Source of the DNA: Bigelowiella natans CCMP2755
Lineage: Eukaryota; Protista; Cercozoa
Reading direction: 5' to 3'
Assembly: GCA_000320545.1 (NCBI GenBank)
Contig: ADNK01000913.1
Coordinates: forward strand, 1-32,669
Length of the DNA stretch: 32,669 nucleotides
Shown: positions 24,069 through 32,669 of the stretch, piece by piece
Position numbering within the stretch: position 1 is the stretch's first letter
Layout: each line of letters begins with the position of its first letter
Made by a program: the position numbers and the translations under genes
Notes under the pieces: generated by a model
What the model was told of the DNA's origin: nothing
The model's input: only the letters and a program-made list of their open reading frames with translations
Databases searched by the model: none

Positions 24069-24244
24069 CGACCACACTATTGCAGCCTCCTCCTCCTCCT
24101 CCTCCTCGTAAAGAAGATTGACTCCCCTCCCTCCTAATAATTACGTGTAGAAACAAGGAGACGGGGTCGGTGATTTCCATTCTAGGACGATACGTAGGAC
24201 CGGAAGAGCTCAAAACGGAAGATGATGTTAGCTTAAATAGAGAT

Positions 24245-24290
<46 letters not shown>

Positions 24291-25734
24291 GTAGCAGCAC
24301 CACCTGTAGAAGTAGCAGTTGGAGTTGTAGCAGTTCTCCAAGTAGTGGTTGGATATGGCTGGCAGAGCAGCACGCTGAGAGATAATACAAGCAGCGCCCA
24401 AATAATAACCAACCCCCATGATGACATGGGCGGCGGTGGCAGCGCGACGATGACAAAGCTCACGGACATTCTATGCGCTGATGAATTGTGTGTCCCCATC
24501 TTCCCCCATTGCATTGATTTAACCCCCAGAAAAGACTGCGTTTAAGGGTATCTGCCATGAGCGCAGAGATGCTCGATGCAGGTCGCTTATGAGATCCCGC
24601 CTTTACCCCTTTCCTGCCACACCTCCCTCCCCCTCTTTCCCCCCCCCAAAAAGCCGCATTTCCCCTGGGTAAGCGCGTGTTGGTTGAAGGGCTGTCACAG
24701 AAGTAATGATATTATATCTCCTGGGGCTTGCTTTTTCTGCCGTATTTTGAATGAAATCGCGGTGATAAAGCGCGTTATACACTTCCGGAAGATAAAGGAA
24801 AGTCGTCGTTTTCAACACTACTTTGCGCAGGGGTAAACATGGTGTACAAGCTTATAAATGACGGAAATTCGTATACATGGGCGCCGGGAGGTGGCCTTCC
24901 CTTCTCGGAAAAGGTCAGGGCGATAGCACGATTACTTAGCAAAGGGAAGGAGGAGGAGGAGGAGGAGGAGGAGGAGGAGGATGGAGTGGGGCTGGGGGGG
25001 AGGGTAGTGTTGATCTATAATCACCGTCCCTGCCCATTATTATCAGCATATTTTCTGTGATCAACATCGTCATCATCGTCATCATCGTCATCATCATCCT
25101 CATCATCATCGTCATCATCGCCATTATCATCATCATTATCATCATCATCCAAGGTGACAATTGACATACCAAATGTGCCGGGGTTCAACCTAAAGTACCG
25201 GATCATCGGACCGCAAGGCAAGAAGCGAGGACAGCTCTCCCCTCCCCCCCCACCCTCCTTTCTCTCTGTCTGCTCCCCTCTCCTCTTCCCCTCCCATCCC
25301 CCGCTTCTAATTTTATGGATTTTTACACCTTTTTTTACATCTTTGTAGGTGGGTTTATCAAGCACATCGAAGAACGCGCAGGTTTGCCTTTTATTGTAAC
25401 GATGCAGATAAGATTCAAAAGAGAAATAAAGAGAAAGGGAGAGAGACAGAGAGAGAGAGAGAAAGAGATGGGAGCGAGAAAGCGTCCGCGCAGGGCACGG
25501 AGGGGGGGGAGTGGTAGGGAGATTGAGGGGGAGAATGGAGAGGTTAGGCTAATGTCTCAACTAAATGACAACTTATTCTTCACATATTGTACTTACATGA
25601 GCAACCACCACCGCCTCCGCCACCATCATCATCATCATCATCATCAAATTCAGGAATTCGTGTGTTTCTTCGAGGGAGGGGATCTGGGTTTATAGAAGGG
25701 TGCTGCATCACACACACAAACACACACACACACA

Positions 25735-25770
<36 letters not shown>

Positions 25771-26325
25771 GCGTACACCCGCATCCAAACTCCAAAAGGA
25801 TGGATGTTGTTTCCGAATTATGCATTGCTTGCAGCATACGCATTTTAATGCATACACGCGTACACTGCGAACCCCTTGACATGTACTCGTCATCATGCAC
25901 ACACGCACACACACGCACACAGCGCTCTGGGGCGCGAGATGGAGGAGACGATGTTCCTGTACTTAGCCTCCAGAGATAGGGTGAGTGAGAGGCGCTCTCG
26001 CAATGATGGCCGTGCTGTTTGATATAAGAGTGAAGTAGATTGTATAGCCCTTTGCGTGGTTGTTGAGGGGGGGGGGGGTTCATGGAATAGGGAGGTGGTT
26101 TCAGATGAGATATGAAAAGCCTTCGTTTCCTCCTCAGCAAAAGTGGTTCTTTTCGTTTGCTTTTGGTCTTCTCAGGAAAGTCTGGAGTTAGCGAGAGTGT
26201 TGGCTCGGAATTTGATCGATACCGTCGCACAGGACTACGTTGATTGGGGAGGGGTACGCGACGTGTGCGGTGGTGTCTGATAGTAGCGACAGTAGGGATA
26301 TCATTAAAAATACGAATCTTATATT

Positions 26326-26402
<77 letters not shown>

Positions 26403-26780
26403 TATATAATATAGTCGTTAGAGGGTGGGGGGAGGAGAGTAAAAACAAGTTATTGTACGGTGTTCGACAGGGATCGCGCGGGTTCAACTCCAAGAGTGGA
26501 GATGCACAACGCCAATACGGCGTACAAGATAACGGTAGTAGTAGTAATAGCAGCAGCAGCACCACCACCACCATCGAATTAAAGGAGTCTGTTGCATGGA
26601 GCACGATGATGGAATTTGAAACACGCCATTGTGCATGTATGCAAATCTCCTCCTTTCTTGTCATTTTCATCATCACCTCACGAACCAACCTATTTCTGTA
26701 CAGATCTAATGACCAAGCTCTATGGGGAGCAATTGTATGCTGCGGATGCGATGGCCAGAGCAGCTCCCCCCCCCTTTTAG
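22644..26780 (+). CDS. KHDC4/BLOM7 (RIK-like) two-KH-domain RNA-binding protein with N-terminal hydrophobic leader; 17 exons
   Basis: Exons approx. 22644-22761, 22845-22915, 22981-23099, 23336-23358, 23568-23629, 23678-23700, 23862-23975, 24151-24226, 24530-24581, 24831-24913, 25154-25217, 25349-25381, 25654-25699, 25923-25980, 26176-26253, 26471-26534, 26704-26780. Product motifs: AANAADRINQQL, EIDINDVP, GSVISILGRY, GFNLKYRIIGPQGGFIKHIEERAGIRVFLRGRGSGFIE, GREMEETMFLY, LARNLIDTV. These are collinear with KHDC4. The 5' and last two exons are less certain. Confidence 0.85.
25065..25149. repeat. Imperfect (CAT/CGT)n intronic microsatellite
   Basis: Directly visible. Other simple repeats in the same gene are (GAG)n at about 24950-24981, (ACA)n at about 24037-24068 and (TA)n at about 24249-24287. 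Confidence 0.9.
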
Positions 26781-27707
26781 GCTGCGGTAGCATAGTTTAC
26801 GAGTGCAGCGAGAGAAAGTGCCTTTGGCCTGCTGGTGGGACAGCGGATACGCTTCTAATTAGCACTGTCTAGATGTCTAGGTGTAGAAGAATATATCGAT
26901 TCCCTTTGCATTGTGTGCGTTGGCCGATGCTGTCATGTCATGAATTTTAAGGGGCATGCGATGCATGTTCGCGCGCTCCGCCCTTGCATGACCGTGCGCT
27001 GCTGAGAAGCGAGCGAGTGTGTAGGCGTAGTAATTTCTACTATCGATAGACAGCCACATTACGCATGTGCATGTGTTTTGTTTCTCATAGCATTGCATCA
27101 TTAACGGCGAACATGTACTAATCCACGTCGCCCTCTTTATTAATAATGTGACCGACACTATGCTAAGCTAGCTAAGCCACGTAGACTACTACTAGCTAGA
27201 CTACTATCTAGCCATGTTATATAATGTTGTACACAAAGCTAGATACACATCGCGTGTGTGCTAGCGTGCGCTATTCGCTAGCCAGCTAGTAGCTAGCATA
27301 CGTAGTGATGACAATACACAATTGGTCGAAAAGATTTAAGTATTTCACCATACGTGCAATGGTCTCATGCTTATCACACATCGATCGTCGTCGTGTCATG
27401 TAGCGTGTCTAAGACTGCACTGGGCTTTAGCTATAGATATACGCAGCTTGCGCAGCACTGATGCATATATGCAACCGTACATATGTACATATCTAGGCTG
27501 CATAGAGGCTACATTGCTTGATGCTATCGATAGCAGAACACAACAAGGGCAGCATAGCACATACATGGGCATTTGATATAATGCTGACTCAAACTAATAA
27601 ATACTGAGAACGTGTGAAAACGATTACGAATTACGTAACGGTAGACGTGATATCCGAAAACGATAAGTGTACATTTGTGTGACAACACTTAGCATATTTA
27701 CACACAT

Positions 27708-27750
<43 letters not shown>

Positions 27751-27851
27751 GCATAACTATAAATATGAAAAATGTATATAGGAAGAAAGGAAAAACCAGG
27801 AAAAGATCGTTTCGAAATCACCCCCCTCAGTAGCAGCACTTCTTGGCGCGC

Positions 27852-29333
27852 TTATTGCTTCTTGGACTCGCCCGCCTCGACGTTTTCCAGTTGCTGGTAG
27901 CCGCCCACCTCGACCGGTTTAAACTTCTTTGGCTCATCGTCAAGTGAAGGCCTGGTCATGAGGAAGATGGTGGAGATGATGCAGGCGACGAATCCGAGCA
28001 TTGCGTACACTTTCAGGTTGGGGGTGTAGTCGGAAAGGCGGTCTCCGTAGCGTCCCTTGACTCCCATCGCTGCGTAAGTTGCATCGGCAGCCTTCATGTT
28101 TGGACCCATCACGGCGTCGAGGATGAAGTTTTGCGATGCATGGCCAATGATCATCGAAACAGGAATCATGGTAGCGTGCAGCTCCTTGGGTGTAAGATCC
28201 GCGGATTTGGGGAAGACCACCACGCAGAAGATGTTGTAGCCAAGGCCGAGGAAGATGATGTACACCATCAGCATGAAAGTGCGTCCGGTTTGGCTGAGTC
28301 CCAGTCCCCATTCCATGTAGATTGCGAACCAGGCAAATCCCATGAAAAGCCCAGAGAAAGGAAGGAGCTTGAGACGATCGAAGGGCAAGTGCTGTCCGAG
28401 GAAAGCGCCGATGAAGGGCGCGGAGAGACCTTGGATGAACTTGTGAACCTTGCCGAACATGTCAGGGAAGAGAGGGTTCCAAGCCACAAAGAGCGACTGG
28501 TACTCAACCTTAGGTGCTCCCCAGCAGGCCTCAGTAACACCGGTGATGAACCAGTAGCCAACGATGTGTACCATAGCCATTGGGTGGTTCCCCATCCATC
28601 GGAACATCACAGTGAAAGCCTCGGTAAAGCCCATTCTCTTCTTTTCCTTGAGGCCTGGAGGAGCAAGTCCGAAGGAGCAGTGGATTCCGAGCGTCATAGC
28701 TGCAGCAATACCTCCAACGAGCACAGCAACGAGGACACCGGAGGACAGGTCGAATGGAGCTGTGCGACCAATGACTGCAGGGTAGAGGAAAGAGGTGGTC
28801 ATCTGACTGATTCCTCCTGCTCCGAGGAGCATACCCTTGGCGAGAGGGCGTTGGTCCTTCGACATCCAAGTGTACAGGGTTGCCTCAGTCGCACCCATCA
28901 TGCACGCTTTACCGACTCCGGTGATGACACGGCCCCAGAGAAGACCCATACCGTAGCTGGCGGGGTCGACGTCGAGAAACTGCACGAAGATACCAAGTGC
29001 TACGGTGACCTGGGAGATTGTCATCATGTTTCCGCCGCCGAACCAGGTCACAAAGAATCCACCAGGAAGGAAAAGGGCAATCTTTGCGTACTTCTGCCAG
29101 CTGGACATGTTTTTAAACGTGATGCTGTCCACGTATGGCATGTAGCCTTGGATGGCCTTCTTCGACACTGCGAACCACTCGTCTCCAAGACCCATCAGGA
29201 GGAAGATCAAGGGCACAGCGGTCATCACTGTGATCTTACCGGGACCCCATGTGTTGTCTGGAGATTTAGGATTCAGGAGCGACTTCTTCGCATCTTCATC
29301 CCGGGACTGTGGAGCGTACTTGTTGGTACTCAT
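27852..29333 (-). CDS. Major facilitator superfamily transporter, intronless, substrate unknown
   Basis: Uninterrupted ORF starting MSTNKYAPQ at the first ATG (29333). It has about 12 hydrophobic segments, GRVITGVG (MFS motif B-like) and a C-terminal YQQL, with strongly C/G-ending codons. Confidence 0.85.
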   Translation of the reverse strand: MSTNKYAPQSRDEDAKKSLLNPKSPDNTWGPGKITVMTAVPLIFLLMGLGDEWFAVSKKAIQGYMPYVDSITFKNMSSWQKYAKIALFLPGGFFVTWFGGGNMMTISQVTVALGIFVQFLDVDPASYGMGLLWGRVITGVGKACMMGATEATLYTWMSKDQRPLAKGMLLGAGGISQMTTSFLYPAVIGRTAPFDLSSGVLVAVLVGGIAAAMTLGIHCSFGLAPPGLKEKKRMGFTEAFTVMFRWMGNHPMAMVHIVGYWFITGVTEACWGAPKVEYQSLFVAWNPLFPDMFGKVHKFIQGLSAPFIGAFLGQHLPFDRLKLLPFSGLFMGFAWFAIYMEWGLGLSQTGRTFMLMVYIIFLGLGYNIFCVVVFPKSADLTPKELHATMIPVSMIIGHASQNFILDAVMGPNMKAADATYAAMGVKGRYGDRLSDYTPNLKVYAMLGFVACIISTIFLMTRPSLDDEPKKFKPVEVGGYQQLENVEAGESKKQ

Positions 29334-30727
29334 TATCGATCGACTGAGTTCTAAACAAAATCCAAAAATCAGAGACAGATCGTCATGGCGCACCACCTTC
29401 CCTACTTCGCAAAAATGGAACAATTTCGCCGCCACGCACTACTGGAACACGCAGCATGCATGAGATTGCTCCGCTATTACAATTCCATAACTTGTTTATC
29501 ATAAGGTTGCAGCCAAGAAATGCCATTTAAAACTATTTCATGCAAGTAAATTTCTAGAAATGTTGTGTACGAGGTAGTTCTTAAGGGGACGGGAAGGGGG
29601 GGGGGGGGGTACACCACTCACAAGGGCCTCAGATGATTGGTTGGCGAGTTCTGTCGCGCAGATGTCAATGGCAGAGATGATTTTCCAAATCACTGACCGA
29701 TTCTTATGAGCGACAATTGAAAAATAGACTTTTAATGAGATATCTCACCTAAATTTGAGGGTGTGCTGGGGAAATCTACCGTTTATAGCTGAAAGACTTA
29801 ACATTAACCGCAATATTTTTTAGAAGACGATTTTAGGATATCTTACTGTCTATTCGAGAAATTACAACATAAATAGGCCTAATTTTACGGTAAATGTCCA
29901 TTATCACACTACTGGTTGCGGGCTGATAGGTGTTCAGATCTCCCACTGAGCGGAATATCTCTGACCCTCACAATCTTTAGGAAAATATCTAGCGCGTTTC
30001 TTTTTAATTCGATGCAAACACGCTCTTTTTATGAAGAGTTTTGATTTATAATTTGGCAATTGTTTCATTGCGTCAACCAGTTGCGTCTGGTTCCGGTTCG
30101 TGAACCGGGTTTTAAGAACTTTAGACTCCTTGCGTAAGAGTAAGTACCGGGGATTTATTGAATTAGGATATTAATCAGATGCAATTTGACCCCTCTGGTC
30201 CTTCGTTACCACCAAATCAGATTTTTAGTGCAGAGTTCCTTACGGGGTACCTCACGGGCACGGGGCATAGACAGGGAGAGTTCTCTTATTTTCTTCGGAT
30301 TGACAATTTCGCCATATTTTCCCCTCAGACCTGCGAGTATGCGCATCCCTCCTTCAATTCATTGCTCGAGGATAAATCATGAACGACAATACAAAAACCT
30401 TGTAGCTCATACTAAATCCGGCAAGCCCAGGAACCATATCGCGAGACATCTTGGAGAGGAAATTACGCGCCGTCGTAGAGAGGTAAAACAAGTCAAGAAA
30501 ATATACTTAACATTACCATATGAGGGTGAGAAAATAGTCTCCGTGATATTCTTCATGCATTCTGTCGGCAGATAAGAGTAAGATGATCATGATAGGTAGT
30601 TTCCAAGACATATTTTATTCTAAAACGATGGAATTTTTTATTACTCGATACCTTCAAGGCTGCGAGCGTATTACACACGCACCCGAGCAATCAACCATTT
30701 CTTTCGCAGCTGGAGTGAAGATATACA

Positions 30728-31400
30728 ATGGCACAATCCCAGCTTCTGTCGAGCCTATGTTGGGCTCTCTTTGTGCTGTACCCCACTCTTATTAGGGGAG
30801 GGGGGAATGAGGTGGGTTTCGCCGTCGCTGCAAAAACCCCGCGTTCGGGACTGATGAAATTGGTGTTTTCCAGAATCTAGCTGATCTGGAAGCTATCCTT
30901 GATACTTTCCCCGACGATCATCCTATGAAACTGGTACTGTGTATATACTGCAGTACTCCCTCACTCATTCTTTCCCACTGTCCACTTGTGTGTGCGCGCG
31001 CGCGCGCGAAGACAGAGGGGAGATGCTGACCGTTATTCTACGATTCCAAGGAAATGTTTTCGAAGATAAATATTTTCTCTTTAACACATCAGAGCTATCT
31101 GGAGTATCCATTGGCCAACATCGGGACCCAGGTGATGATGATGATTCAGTGCGAGTGATCACTACTTTCCTCCGTTCGGTGTTAGAACACTGAGCCTCAT
31201 CATCATTATTATCCCCATCCTTATCCTCACCATCTCCCCCCCCCCCTCCACCCTCTCCTTCTGAAACGACGTGAAGGAAGAAGACTGGAACGCTTATCAC
31301 AGCGGCCTCGCTATACATATGGAAAATGGAAGGTAGCAGCATAAAGTGTAGTAGTGGTAGTAGTCAGAGCACAAACGTTAGTAGTAGTAGTAGTAGTAGT

Positions 31401-31433
<33 letters not shown>

Positions 31434-32105
31434 AAGAAGAAATAGTGCCTGTACTTCTCTGAAGGAATATGCGTGTTGTAGCAGTATCATTTTAAAAAGA
31501 TATGTCACGTTAGGGAGTTTAGGATTGACTATCGACCTCGCGACCCGGAGCACCTCATGAATTTTATCCGCCCCCTGGTGAGAGTTGAAGGGGGGAGGGG
31601 GGAGGGGGACCAGGGAGTCTTCTAGACAGCACGTAGAAAACAGCTATGGTTTCATTACCCGAAGCATGTGACGCCATACGCTGAATGACACCATCACTTG
31701 TTGCACAGCATGGTAGCGCTCAAGGACGGAACACTTCATTTATGCTATTTCCTACATTATTCATCTCCCTCCTCCTCCTCATTGACTTTTTTATTTCAAC
31801 CACTCCTGCTGCAGGTTCATACGAAGGGACAGTGGCCCTTGTGGGTGCGTGCTGCAGATGTTACAACAGAACAGACGAGCATTTACTGCAATGATGATAG
31901 TAGCCATTGGGGAGATTCTATACCTATGTAACATCCACTTTTCGCATGATCAGGATGTGGAGATTGACTGGAAGAACGAAGCTTACATAGGTGGGTTTTG
32001 AAGAGATATAGAGCAAAAAGCAGAAAAAGACGAAAAGGAGCAATCAGGAAACTGCATCGATTAACTGTACCTTGCTCTCTCTCTCTCTCTCTCTCTCTCC
32101 CTCCC

Positions 32106-32141
<36 letters not shown>

Positions 32142-32144
32142 AAA

Positions 32145-32194
<50 letters not shown>

Positions 32195-32603
32195 AAGGGA
32201 GAGGGAGTGTACAGAGAGAGAAGAGTATACGAAGACAACATACAAGATTTCTCCATATCACTTGGATTCACCTTAGTCTTTAACCCCCCCTCACTCCACT
32301 TCCCGCCCTCCATAACTCACGAACTCTTATATCCTCAGCCTGGGAGGAATCAATCGACGACCGCTTCACAAACATGACAGTAACTTCTCCACCTGATATT
32401 TCGCCTGTTGTATGATGGCTCTCCCGCAATCAGAATACTAAAAAATAGCATTCGTATCCGATAGCAGTATTGCGTCGGTTATTAGTTGCTATTCAACACC
32501 TACCTCGTTCACCACCACCACCACCACCACCACCACCATCTTCATCATTATTGTTATTTACTAGTACATCGGGGATGCCAACGTGGAGCAGCTTCGACAT
32601 CTG
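30728..32603 (+). CDS. Secreted/lysosomal CLN5-like protein, 3'-partial; 9 exons visible
   Basis: Exons 30728-30811, 30874-30933, 31093-31131, 31277-31332, 31514-31577, 31815-31844, 31954-31990, 32339-32379, 32565-32603 join in phase. Product: MAQSQLLSSLCWALFVLYPTLIRG (signal), FPDDHPMKLSYLEYPL...NAYHSGLAIHMENGREFRIDY...P...WKNEAYIAWEESIDD...TYIG. The motif spacing resembles CLN5 (DD.IEVF.LQAP...HDAIGF...NYTMEW...P...WCNQ...IDD). The gene model is solid; the family call is from recall. Confidence 0.65.
32075..32205. repeat. (CT)n-(CA)n-(GA)n intronic microsatellite cluster
   Basis: Directly visible; the (CT)n and (GA)n arms are mutually complementary. Confidence 0.9.
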
Positions 32604-32669
32604 GTCCCTCTTCGTTTCTTGCACTGCTGCTTTCCGTCGTTAATGATCGCTAAATCCATTGTTCAGCTC

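Noticed and set aside
25580-26872. 200-aa ORFs on both strands (YIYIYI/VCVCVC)
   Set aside because: They are read-through of microsatellite introns in the KH gene.
28131-29354. 407-aa + strand ORF
   Set aside because: Antisense shadow of the codon-biased MFS gene.
29460-30720. Possible small spliced gene between the MFS and CLN5-like genes
   Set aside because: Several AG/GT-bounded segments exist, but I could not build a phase-consistent model with recognisable homology.

Overview
Intron-rich, microsatellite-laden eukaryotic nuclear DNA, probably from a protist; a chlorarachniophyte-like rhizarian is my inference only. The ORF track misses most genes, so I spliced nine gene models by hand: a 5'-partial sugar porter (+), a GH29 alpha-L-fucosidase (+), a FAM228-like protein (-), a tandem EF-hand protein (+), a SAM/coiled-coil/Tudor-like protein (-), a large CLU + 2x discoidin-like + LRR protein (+), a KHDC4/BLOM7-like KH protein with an unexpected N-terminal hydrophobic leader (+), an intronless MFS transporter (-) and a 3'-partial CLN5-like secreted protein (+). 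The most striking signal is non-genic. Intergenic patches carrying a dispersed repeat (about 3890-4520 and 21390-22430) have lost almost all TpA dinucleotides and are rich in TpG/CpA. CpG is retained there, and the surviving TpAs are mostly in CTAG. This looks like a repeat-targeted TA->TG/CA (A-to-G) hypermutation, the reverse of fungal RIP. Exon boundaries and counts were read by eye and need computational confirmation.
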